A stretch of DNA of 64,000 nucleotides, from contig CAZJWF010000002.1 in NCBI GenBank assembly GCA_964549375.1, forward strand, positions 23,592 through 87,591, in the 5' to 3' direction. This stretch comes from an uncultured Neomegalonema sp. (GTDB taxonomy: Bacteria > Pseudomonadota > Alphaproteobacteria > Rhodobacterales > Rhodobacteraceae). Shown here piece after piece: positions 28,410 through 36,842 of this stretch. Both the position numbers and the translations under genes were made by a program. Positions within the stretch are counted from its first letter, which is position 1. Each line of letters starts with the position of its first letter. Under the pieces are notes generated by a model. It did not search any database. It worked only from the letters and a program-made list of their open reading frames with translations, and was not told the DNA's origin.

Positions 28410-29405
28410 ATGAAAGCTCTCGTTTATACTGGCGTCGGTGAACTCGACTACCGCGATGTACCGGACACCGAATCCAGTACCGAGCTTTCTAAAGTCAAAG
28501 TGGAAGCGGTTGGCATTTGCGGTTCAGATATGCACGCCTATCACGGTGCAGATCCGCGCCGGATGCCGCCATTGATCTTGGGACACGAGGCATGCGGGAT
28601 CGCGGAGACAGGTCGCTATGCCGGGCAGCGCGTGACCGTAAACCCCATGACGACATGTGGCAGGTGCCGGTATTGCATTGAAGGCCGCGACAACATTTGC
28701 CCTGATCGCAAACTGCTTTCTATCCCGCCAAACGAAGGTGCCTTCGCAGAATACTTGGTTATCCCCGACAGCAATCTGGTTCCGGTCCCTGATGGCGTCG
28801 CCCCCGAACAGGCCGCGCTCGCTGAACCAATTGCGTGCGGATGGCATGCGATCCGATTAGGCGCGGAGAGGCTGTCGCAGCCGCTTTCGACAGCGCGGGT
28901 GCTGATTATTGGCGGAGGCGCCATCGGCGTCGGCTCTGCGCTTTGTGCGGCGGATCAAGGCGCGAAAGATATCTGGATCGCCGAACCCAGTGCTGAACGG
29001 CGCGCGACAGCAGCGGCGGCTGGCCCCTTCAAAACCTATGATCCTCGCGCGGGCGGCCCCGAAGAGTCATCCGCTGATCTTGTCATCGACGCCTATGGTT
29101 CAGAAGCCTCTCGCGCTGATGCCTCTCGCTTGGCAGCGCCGGGCGGTGTGATCGCGCATATTGGGTTGGCCGGAGGAGATGCTGGGCTTGATACTCGGAA
29201 AATGACCCTGCAAGAGATCACCTTCATCGGCACGTACACGTACACAATGGCCGATTTTCACGCGACAGCTCAGGCGATCTTTGCGGGACGGATGGGCGAT
29301 TTTAATTGGATCGAACGCCGTCCTCTCAGCGATGGAGCGCAGGCGTTCAAAGACCTCGACAATGCAGCTGTCGGAGCAGCAAAGGTCGTCCTGATCCCAT
29401 CTTGA
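28410..29405 (+). CDS. Zinc-binding alcohol dehydrogenase family (threonine/sorbitol dehydrogenase-like MDR)
   Basis: GICGSDMH.YHG, GHE..G, C..C..C......C structural zinc motif and GGGAIG. Confidence 0.9.
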   Translation: MKALVYTGVGELDYRDVPDTESSTELSKVKVEAVGICGSDMHAYHGADPRRMPPLILGHEACGIAETGRYAGQRVTVNPMTTCGRCRYCIEGRDNICPDRKLLSIPPNEGAFAEYLVIPDSNLVPVPDGVAPEQAALAEPIACGWHAIRLGAERLSQPLSTARVLIIGGGAIGVGSALCAADQGAKDIWIAEPSAERRATAAAAGPFKTYDPRAGGPEESSADLVIDAYGSEASRADASRLAAPGGVIAHIGLAGGDAGLDTRKMTLQEITFIGTYTYTMADFHATAQAIFAGRMGDFNWIERRPLSDGAQAFKDLDNAAVGAAKVVLIPS

Positions 29406-29417
29406 CTGCACAGAAAC

Positions 29418-29451
29418 ACCAGAAAATTGTCGCTTATTTTCTGGTTTTTTT
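29418..29451 (+). terminator. Rho-independent terminator after the dehydrogenase gene
   Basis: ACCAGAAAAT-tgtcgctt-ATTTTCTGGT perfect 10-bp stem followed by TTTTTT. Confidence 0.8.
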
Positions 29452-29554
29452 GCAAGAAATACAACATATTAAAACTAACTTTCGCGGCTGTCATTTAGTT
29501 ATTCTCTACCTCGATGAGGCACCCTACGCCTGTTGCCATATTGAGGGATTGATC

Positions 29555-30304
29555 ATGCTGGTCGCAGAAAAATTTAGTACACCCGTCGAAATTCAACGTC
29601 GCGCGTCCAACCGTGTGCCGTACATTGAACCTTGTTTCGCCCAAACCGACAACCACTCGCTGTGGGTAAAATCCATCAATTTGTCTGAAGGTGGAATGTG
29701 CATCGCCGTTGATCGCCTTGGCGTTCTAAAACGGGGGACAGGTGTCGCAATTTTTATCCAAAATTTTCCGGCACTCGATGCGCGAGTCCAATGGACTCGT
29801 GCGAATATTGCGGGCCTCAAGTTCACCTCTCCCATTGAAGAAAATCCAGATTTCATTGCGCTGATCGAACGCCTTAAATCTGGCGAACCCGCCTGGTTGC
29901 CCGTTGCAAAGCCTGACATCGACTCCGTTGTTGGGCACAGTATCCACGACCTGCTCAACCCAAAGTCAAAGGTGCCTGAACCCACGGTAACGGAAGTCGC
30001 CACGCAACCACTCGCCCAAGTCCGCGCGCATGAACGTCTGAATTTCGACGAAACCTGTTGGGTTGAAACCGATAAGCGGAAGTTCCAAGCACAAGGAATG
30101 AATATCTCGGAGGGCGGAATGTGCCTGCGCCTGAACGGCTTAGGAACCATGCATAATGGCACAGATGTTCGCATTACCTTCGAGGGTCATTCACCCATCG
30201 ACGCCACGCTGCGCTGGAGCAAAGAGCGCGTGATGGGGTTTCAATTCCTGACGCCAATCAAAGATCATCCCATCCTGCGGGATCGAACACCAATTGAGGA
30301 CTGA
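29555..30304 (+). CDS. Tandem PilZ domain protein (putative c-di-GMP receptor)
   Basis: ATG 29555 preceded by GAGGGA. Domain 1 has RRASNR and NLSEGG. Domain 2 has RAHER and NISEGG. These are the RxxxR and D/NxSxxG PilZ motifs. Confidence 0.8.
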   Translation: MLVAEKFSTPVEIQRRASNRVPYIEPCFAQTDNHSLWVKSINLSEGGMCIAVDRLGVLKRGTGVAIFIQNFPALDARVQWTRANIAGLKFTSPIEENPDFIALIERLKSGEPAWLPVAKPDIDSVVGHSIHDLLNPKSKVPEPTVTEVATQPLAQVRAHERLNFDETCWVETDKRKFQAQGMNISEGGMCLRLNGLGTMHNGTDVRITFEGHSPIDATLRWSKERVMGFQFLTPIKDHPILRDRTPIED

Positions 30305-30310
30305 ATAATA

Positions 30311-30358
30311 GGCAGGAAGAGGTGCGCCTGCTCCAGCGCGCCAATCCTGCCGTTTTTT
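30311..30358 (+). terminator. Rho-independent terminator after the PilZ gene
   Basis: GGCAGG...CCTGCC outer stem with an imperfect GC-rich inner stem, followed by GTTTTTTCT. Confidence 0.6.
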
Positions 30359-30572
30359 CTACGTTTCAATGCCTCAACCGATGTCCACCCATTTGCGCCA
30401 GTTGGCGGTAGCATACCGTTCGGCTGTGAGGATTGTTGGTCCACTATTCGTCTGCATTCTGATCACATATTCTCGCGAATTCGTGGACCCGTAGGCAATT
30501 ATTGCTATGCGTTCTATTATCTGATTGATCAGTGGCACTATTGCCATCGAAAAGTCCGGATAGTTACCCGCG

Positions 30573-32507
30573 ATGAAAAAAATCGAACTGTGCGAATCTG
30601 AAATCAATATCCCCTCCCTCCGGAGGGCTTCATTTCAGAGCGACGTACGGTCCAACGAAGACCGCCATCTAGCGATCTGCCTTACCCTCTACAATGAGCC
30701 ATCCAATCTGCTTAAGTCATCATTGGATTCAGTGATCCACAGTCTGGATACTTTGAATCGCAAAAATGCTCATTATCGCCGGGCAACCATCTCAATTATT
30801 GCGGATGGCGAATCTGAAGTTTCACATTCTACCCGCGCGTATCTCAAAACACTTGGCCTACAGCCATGCGCCCATTCACTTACAGATTTTGATGGCAGCG
30901 TTCGGGCAACCCTGCTGTCCCCTTCTAATCCGTCTGCTTCGCTGACGCGCCGCAGCCCGTCGGGAATGGAAATTAGGCTACAAGTCGTCACCAAAGCCCA
31001 AAACGCGGGAAAGTTGGACTCGCACTGGTGGTTCTATCAAGAAATTTGCCCTCCACTTCGCCCGGATTATTGCTTTCAGATCGACGCAGGAACGGTCCTA
31101 TCGCCGAATGCATTTTTCGAGATTTGCGACGAGTTCGATGGAAATCCTGAGACCGCCGGAATAGCTAGCAACGTTATGATCTCGCCGCCGAAAGACGGCA
31201 ACTTGCTGGAATGCTTCCAGTGCGGGGATTTTGCGGTACAGAAAACGATCCGTTGGCCTTCAGAGGTATTCAGCGGTTTTCTCTCCGTCATTCCCGGTCA
31301 GTTTAGCGGTCTGCGTTGGCGGGCTTTTTCTGAGCAAAACTCGAACAACGATCCCTCTCCGAAGGACCGATACTTGCGCGGGCAAACCTGCGATAGCGCG
31401 ACCGAACGCATGATGTATCTGTCTGAAGATCGTATCCTGGGATTTGAGCTGGCGACAGAACCGGACACAATTAATCGGCTTGACTTTGCCCCGAAGGCGG
31501 ACTGCCACACCGACACCTGCAATACCCTTTCAGAGCTGTTGCAGCAGCGGCGCCGTTGGTTGAATGGTAGCTTGTTCTGCCGAAGTTGGATGATCCACAA
31601 AATTCTCAGCATCTTCTCTGATCAGACTCAACCACGATTGAACCGGACCCGCTTTGCTCCGGCATTGTTGAACTTGTGCGTGCAGCATATGTTGGAATGG
31701 TTCCTGCCGTTGCTGAACATCCTACTGCTTGCTGTGACGTGGAATTCGCTGGGAACTCTGGTATCGCCAATATCGGCGACTGCTATTTTCGCCGCATTGG
31801 CGGGAATTTGGGTGCTTCCGACTGCACTAGCTTTGTCCGGTAAAATTGAACGCCTAAGTCCGCAGCATGTTCAAATTTTACTCCAACTAGTGAAAACGGT
31901 CTTCTTTACGATCATCGCGATCAACCTGGTGAGCTTAGCGCAGAAGTCAGATTCTTTTGCGTATCTCTACTATCTATCCATGCCGTTCGCATTGACTGCA
32001 GGTGCGTTCATTGGTGCATTTATCTCAAATCGGACTTTGGTGAAACATCTGAGATCGTCGATCCTGACATTTATCTCTCTCGCGCCTTCTATGTGGCTGA
32101 TGATGTCGTCTTACGCGTTCTTCAACCTTCATGACGGCAGTTGGGGGACCAAAGGACTTTGCCAAAAAGATGCGTGTGCGGCAGGTACAGAGCAGGACAT
32201 CGCAAGACAGTTCAAACGTTTGCGGTTGACGATCGTGTCGGCGTGGCTCGCCTCTAACTTGATCTTAGCGGTTGTCTTAGTGCAAACAGCGGGAATGAGC
32301 ATTGCGCTGACAGTTGCAGCCAGCCTTCAGATCCTAATGATCGCAACGGGGATGATGGGCGTTGTTTCAGCTAAGATGAAACGGTCTGGAGAGCCGCTGT
32401 CGAAAATCCAAAGCGCGGCACATATAACTTGGCGGCGTATCCTCAAATCATTCGTGCGCCGTCCCAGATACTTTCCCGCCGGGAACGACGCACATAAGTT
32501 GCCTTAG
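30573..32507 (+). CDS. Family-2 glycosyltransferase with eukaryotic chitin-synthase-type motif set (chitin-synthase-like processive polysaccharide synthase), multi-TM C-terminus
   Basis: ICLTLYNE (30675..30698), KLDSHWWF, QIDAGT, FLSVIPGQFSGLRW, YLSEDRILGFEL (EDR at 31425..31433), QRRRWLNGS (31545..), HDGSWGTKG (32139..32156). Several hydrophobic helices after residue 360. Confidence 0.85.
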   Translation: MKKIELCESEINIPSLRRASFQSDVRSNEDRHLAICLTLYNEPSNLLKSSLDSVIHSLDTLNRKNAHYRRATISIIADGESEVSHSTRAYLKTLGLQPCAHSLTDFDGSVRATLLSPSNPSASLTRRSPSGMEIRLQVVTKAQNAGKLDSHWWFYQEICPPLRPDYCFQIDAGTVLSPNAFFEICDEFDGNPETAGIASNVMISPPKDGNLLECFQCGDFAVQKTIRWPSEVFSGFLSVIPGQFSGLRWRAFSEQNSNNDPSPKDRYLRGQTCDSATERMMYLSEDRILGFELATEPDTINRLDFAPKADCHTDTCNTLSELLQQRRRWLNGSLFCRSWMIHKILSIFSDQTQPRLNRTRFAPALLNLCVQHMLEWFLPLLNILLLAVTWNSLGTLVSPISATAIFAALAGIWVLPTALALSGKIERLSPQHVQILLQLVKTVFFTIIAINLVSLAQKSDSFAYLYYLSMPFALTAGAFIGAFISNRTLVKHLRSSILTFISLAPSMWLMMSSYAFFNLHDGSWGTKGLCQKDACAAGTEQDIARQFKRLRLTIVSAWLASNLILAVVLVQTAGMSIALTVAASLQILMIATGMMGVVSAKMKRSGEPLSKIQSAAHITWRRILKSFVRRPRYFPAGNDAHKLP

Positions 32508-32520
32508 CGGTCGTGAGACT

Positions 32521-33195
32521 CTACTGCACTTTTTGACCCGCAAGATCGCAATAGGCACCGCCGGTATTCATCTCCCAGCCCCGTGTTAGAAACTGTCCGC
32601 TTGATTGGCGTAGGTTGAGGATGCCGATGTGAACTTCGGCGCCGGTGAGGCTATTTTGAGCCGCCATGACATAAGTCACGACACTTCCGTTTCGACGCAG
32701 TTCCAGAATTTCGCCCTGACCTTTGAAAGAGTCACCAGAACGGAATGAGCTTTCGCCATCCAAACCACCTGTCGCAGCAACTTTGAAGAGCTGCTCACTT
32801 TGCGCCTCGACATCTTGGACGAAGAAGTTGACGTCACAGGTCGCCTTATGCGCCCAACGACCCGCTAACGCCGTGTCGCTCAATCCGGGCAAAGCATCAT
32901 TCGCTCGGTCACGCCACGCTGTTTTATCTGCGACTTGCGGTGTCCATGCTTCGCCGGTTTCTTGCTGGTAGAGGCGCGCCGCACGATCAGCAAACCGACC
33001 ATTCGTAAAGTGCAGCAAATAGGCAGAGATAATTCCGGTATTTTCAGTCCGTTCGGCGGCGGCCCAAAAACTCTCTTCCGCCTGCAGGAGGTCATTTGTC
33101 GCGGCGATGCCGTGATTGGACGCGGCAAAAACGAAAAAGCCTGCGATCAGTGTCGGCAAGGTAAAGCGAAGCCGTTTCAAATGATGTCTCCTCAA
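32521..33195 (-). CDS. Secreted hypothetical protein
   Basis: N-terminal signal-like LPTLIAGFFVFAASNHGIAA. No catalytic motif recognised. Convergent with the synthase gene, with 13 nt between the stop codons. Confidence 0.6.
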   Translation of the reverse strand: MRRHHLKRLRFTLPTLIAGFFVFAASNHGIAATNDLLQAEESFWAAAERTENTGIISAYLLHFTNGRFADRAARLYQQETGEAWTPQVADKTAWRDRANDALPGLSDTALAGRWAHKATCDVNFFVQDVEAQSEQLFKVAATGGLDGESSFRSGDSFKGQGEILELRRNGSVVTYVMAAQNSLTGAEVHIGILNLRQSSGQFLTRGWEMNTGGAYCDLAGQKVQ

Positions 33196-33211
33196 AAAGT
33201 ACGCTCGGCAT

Positions 33212-33237
33212 AGAAAAGGCCGCCCATACGGACGGCC
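33212..33237 (-). terminator. Rho-independent terminator after yceI-like gene
   Basis: On the minus strand, GGCCGTCC-gtat-GGGCGGCC (one mismatch) followed by TTTTCT. Confidence 0.55.
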
Positions 33238-33269
33238 TCATCACTCAATGGAAAACGTTCAGCGCGCAA

Positions 33270-33863
33270 TTACCAACCGCCCGCCTTCATCTCGGAATTG
33301 ATCACCAGCCGGACCCGGTCAGATGTCAGCGGCGCAAACATTCCAACGCCAAAATCAGAACGGAGAATCGTCCCTTCTGCTTTGATACCAATCCAATCAC
33401 CTTCGTAGTGGGGAATGAATTTGCCAAGAGGGTGCGCGCCTTTGTGAATTAGCTTCACATCCAGCGTGATTGGCTTGGTCGTATCTTTGATTGTTAGATC
33501 GCCTTCGACCTTCAATCCGTTCGCCGAGACCTGTGTTGCGCTCGTCGAGACGAATTTGATTTCAGGGTACTTATCCACCTCAAAGAAATCCGCATTGCGC
33601 AGGTGCTTGTCGAGGCCCTCAACTCCCGTATTTACACTTGCCGCATCAATCTTGACTTCGACCTTGGTTGCGGCTGCGTCTTCCTCGTCAAATTTAACCG
33701 TACCCTCTAGGGTGTTCCAACGGCCAGACTGCTCAGAAACGCCCGCGTGGTCCCAGAAGAACCGAATATCGGTATGACTTTTTTCAAGATGGAATGTCTC
33801 CGCCATTGCTGGCGCGGAAACAAACAAAAAAGCGGCAAGAACTGATGTCGTGAATGTACGCAT
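33270..33863 (-). CDS. YceI family periplasmic (polyisoprenoid-binding) protein
   Basis: Signal peptide. HTDIRFFWDH.G and GDLTIKDTTKPITLDVK motifs. Confidence 0.9.
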   Translation of the reverse strand: MRTFTTSVLAAFLFVSAPAMAETFHLEKSHTDIRFFWDHAGVSEQSGRWNTLEGTVKFDEEDAAATKVEVKIDAASVNTGVEGLDKHLRNADFFEVDKYPEIKFVSTSATQVSANGLKVEGDLTIKDTTKPITLDVKLIHKGAHPLGKFIPHYEGDWIGIKAEGTILRSDFGVGMFAPLTSDRVRLVINSEMKAGGW

Positions 33864-33952
33864 GGCTTTTCCTTACATGAGAATATTGCGCCAATTTTTC
33901 AGACTGAGGGGTATCAGCAATACAAGAGTCCGTGATCGCCTGTTACAGCAAC

Positions 33953-33978
33953 AAAAAAGGCCGCCCCGAAGGGCGGCC
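33953..33978 (-). terminator. Rho-independent terminator after glnA
   Basis: GGCCGCCC-cgaa-GGGCGGCC perfect stem. The A6 run on the plus strand gives a T6 run downstream on the minus strand. Confidence 0.85.
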
Positions 33979-34003
33979 CGTTCTCTTTGATCGCGAGAAT
34001 TGA

Positions 34004-35413
34004 TCAGCAACTATAGTACATTTCGAACTCGACTGGGTGAGGCGTGTGCTCGTAGCGGTAAACCTCTTCCCACTTCAGATCGATGTAACCGTGGATTTGA
34101 TCTTCGGAGAATACGCCGCCTTTGGTGAGGAACGCATGATCTTCAGATAGCGAGTCGAGCGCTTCGCGCAGCGACCCACAAACGGTTGGGATGCCTGCCA
34201 GTTCCTCTGGCGGAAGGTCGTAGAGGTCTTTCTCAGACGGATCACCGGGATGGATCTTGTTCTCAATGCCATCGAGACCAGCCATCAGCAGCGCTGCAAA
34301 GCACAGATACGGGTTTGCCGCCGGATCAGGGAAGCGAGCCTCAACGCGCTTCGCCTTTGGCGACTCCGTCCACGGAATACGAACACAGCCCGACCGGTTA
34401 CGTGCGGAATACGCGCGGAGGACTGGCGCCTCGAAACCCGGGATCAGACGCTTGTAGCTGTTCGTGGATGGGTTAGTGAATGCATTGAGTGCTTTCGCGT
34501 GTTTCAGCACGCCGCCGATGAAGAAAATCGCTTCGTCGCTGAGGTCCGCGTAACCATTCCCGGCAAACAGTGGCTTATCGTCTTTCCAGATCGACATGTT
34601 GACGTGCATGCCCGTCCCGTTGTCGCCAGCGATTGGCTTTGGCATGAAGGTCGCCGACTTGCCGTATGCTGCCGCAACGTTGTGAATGACGTACTTGTAC
34701 TTTTGCAGGTTGTCCGCTTGCTCTACGAGACCGCCAAAGATCATGCCCAACTCGTGCTGAGATGCCGCAACTTCGTGGTGGTGCTTATCGACCTTCATGC
34801 CGATCTGCTTCATTGTGGAGAGCATTTCAGAACGAATATCTTGAGCGGAATCAGTTGGATTTACCGGGAAGTAGCCACCCTTAACAACCGGACGGTGGCC
34901 AAGGTTGCCCATCTCGAAATTCGTACCAGAGTTCCACGGGCTGTCTGCCGCATCAACTTCATAGCCGACTTTGTTCATCTGGACGTCAAAACGAACGTCA
35001 TCGAACAAGAAGAACTCTGCTTCTGGTCCCCAGAATGAATTGTCACCAACACCGCTCGATTTCAGGTAAGCTTCTGCCTTCCGCGCTGTTCCGCGCGGAT
35101 CGCGCTCGTAAGCTTCGCCCGTATCAGGCTCGACAACATCCGCGAAAATTGCGAGCGTCTTTTGTGCATAAAACGGGTCGATGTAGGCGCTCGCGGCGTC
35201 CGGCATTAATTTCATGTCGGAGTTATCAATACTTTTCCAGCCGGCAATCGACGAACCGTCGAACATCCAACCTTCGGCGAACCAATCTTCATCGATAATG
35301 TCGACGATCGCCGTTACATGCTGCATTTTCCCGCGTGGGTCAGTGAAGCGGATATCAACATACTCGATACCCTCATCTTTAATCATTTTGCAGATCGTTG
35401 CTGCGTCGCTCAT
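34004..35413 (-). CDS. glnA: Glutamine synthetase type I
   Basis: 469 aa. FDGSSI, GMHVNMS, NPSTNSYKRL and the adenylylation-site region. Confidence 0.97.
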   Translation of the reverse strand: MSDAATICKMIKDEGIEYVDIRFTDPRGKMQHVTAIVDIIDEDWFAEGWMFDGSSIAGWKSIDNSDMKLMPDAASAYIDPFYAQKTLAIFADVVEPDTGEAYERDPRGTARKAEAYLKSSGVGDNSFWGPEAEFFLFDDVRFDVQMNKVGYEVDAADSPWNSGTNFEMGNLGHRPVVKGGYFPVNPTDSAQDIRSEMLSTMKQIGMKVDKHHHEVAASQHELGMIFGGLVEQADNLQKYKYVIHNVAAAYGKSATFMPKPIAGDNGTGMHVNMSIWKDDKPLFAGNGYADLSDEAIFFIGGVLKHAKALNAFTNPSTNSYKRLIPGFEAPVLRAYSARNRSGCVRIPWTESPKAKRVEARFPDPAANPYLCFAALLMAGLDGIENKIHPGDPSEKDLYDLPPEELAGIPTVCGSLREALDSLSEDHAFLTKGGVFSEDQIHGYIDLKWEEVYRYEHTPHPVEFEMYYSC

Positions 35414-35445
35414 AGGGGCTTCCCTCTTAATGCTGGGGTGATGAG

Positions 35446-35841
<396 letters not shown>

Positions 35842-35842
35842 T

Positions 35843-35859
35843 TAGCATTAACCGTGCCA
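35843..35859 (-). promoter_or_regulatory. Candidate sigma54 (-24/-12) promoter for glnB-glnA
   Basis: The minus strand reads TGGCAC-GGTTA-ATGCT (consensus TGGCAC-N5-TTGCW). GG and GC spacing is correct. About 60 nt upstream of the glnB ATG. Confidence 0.5.
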
Positions 35860-35975
35860 TATTTTTATGTGTTGTTTTTCAATAGATTAGTCAAAATAAG
35901 CAGAATTATAGCGCTTATTTTTTAGGCAGTGTGATGAAAAATTAGGCGGATTACACGTTGTATTGCAAGAAAACT

Positions 35976-35992
35976 GCGGCAATTTTTGCCGC
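35976..35992. repeat. Perfect palindrome GCGGCAA-TTT-TTGCCGC (possible enhancer-binding-protein site or hairpin)
   Basis: Read directly from the sequence. The centre lies about 125 bp upstream of the candidate -24 element, with an AT-rich spacer between. Confidence 0.4.
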
Positions 35993-36541
35993 TCAACGAA
36001 GCCATACCGCCTGACCCACCCTCGGGCCACTACTGCGTTGATCGCCGCCACGACGAACGTCCTTCGTGCTCTGCCGAACGAACCGCTTTCGATGCGAGCC
36101 ACCATCAATCTCTTCACGAACCGGGCATTCAAATCAAAGGATATGTAACGGAGATTACCGACTCAGTTCCGAGTTCGCAAAACCGCAAAATCGGCGCCCC
36201 GTATCATTAGAGATGTGAACTGCTTCACAATTAAACAACAGCAGAGCGGCGGGGAAAATCTCGGCTTAATAGCAATAAGTTGTTCGCGTCGAGAGCACCG
36301 CGATTCCCAACAGTGATCGTCTTGTGAATGGCCACCCCCGGCATCAAGGTCGGGTTCAAAACCCTCTATGCCGCTTGAATCAATTCAATAATTCTTTGCC
36401 AATGAAATTCGAGCATCGAAACCCGACAGCAATATTTTTCTGACATACTCGTTAGCAGGTGAGGCACAAGCCGGTTGGCGTGGATTTTGTACTTGGAATG
36501 CACGCTAATCGGGGTAGGCTGATGAAATCAGCGGGGGCTAA

Positions 36542-36748
36542 ATGATGACTACTAAATTAGGCAAGCTTTTGGGTCGAAGTGCCGAAGGCACTGAAAAAGA
36601 GACAATCGGCGAGGACATGGTCCCTTCGCCAGACGCGCTAGCGCAAAGATCTGCTCTTTCCGACGCCACAGATTTTTCGCATCCGAAATCGTCCACTGGG
36701 CCTTTTTCCAGCATAGCTCGTGCGCCTGTACGCGACTTTACTGGTTAA
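36542..36748 (+). CDS. Possible small hypothetical protein (68 aa)
   Basis: ATG preceded by GCGGGGG (SD-like) and a 6-bp hairpin. The translation is low-complexity or disordered. No family recognised. Confidence 0.2.
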   Translation: MMTTKLGKLLGRSAEGTEKETIGEDMVPSPDALAQRSALSDATDFSHPKSSTGPFSSIARAPVRDFTG

Positions 36749-36842
36749 GAACCCGTAAAGCGGAATTCTGCTGCCATTGACACTTCACGTGTACACGGGC
36801 AATCCATGATGCGTGGATTGAGACCGTGCGGGGTTAGATTTC

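Noticed and set aside
30533-30544. TGGCAC...TTGC upstream of the synthase gene, reminiscent of a sigma54 promoter
   Set aside because: GG and GC are only 9 nt apart here, measured from the first G of GG to the G of GC. The consensus TGGCAC-N5-TTGC puts them 12 nt apart. The spacing is wrong for a -24/-12 element.
30374-30607. 77-aa minus-strand ORF in the spacer upstream of the synthase gene, overlapping its first 35 nt
   Set aside because: I found no SD and no recognisable family, and it lies in an AT-rich promoter-like region. I kept it out of the feature list, but it could be rechecked with expression data, since small regulators can hide in such spacers.
29406-33269. Horizontally acquired genomic island (low GC) around the PilZ/synthase genes
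   Set aside because: It is not established. Spot counts were lower in parts of the synthase gene, but they overlap with counts from core genes such as yidC. No tRNA, integrase, transposase or direct repeats flank the region. I kept it only as a caveat inside the module finding.
34250-35038. 262-aa plus-strand ORF
   Set aside because: It lies entirely antisense to the unmistakable glnA gene and has an Arg-rich, low-complexity translation. It is a shadow ORF of a GC-biased coding region.
36339-36373. GGGTTCAAAACCC within a larger stem, superficially like a tRNA T-arm or tmRNA tRNA-like domain
   Set aside because: There is no D-arm or anticodon arm and no acceptor stem ending in (N)CCA. There is no alanine G:U identity pair and no tag-peptide-like reading frame (ANDN...LAA) nearby. 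It reads better as a simple nested hairpin.
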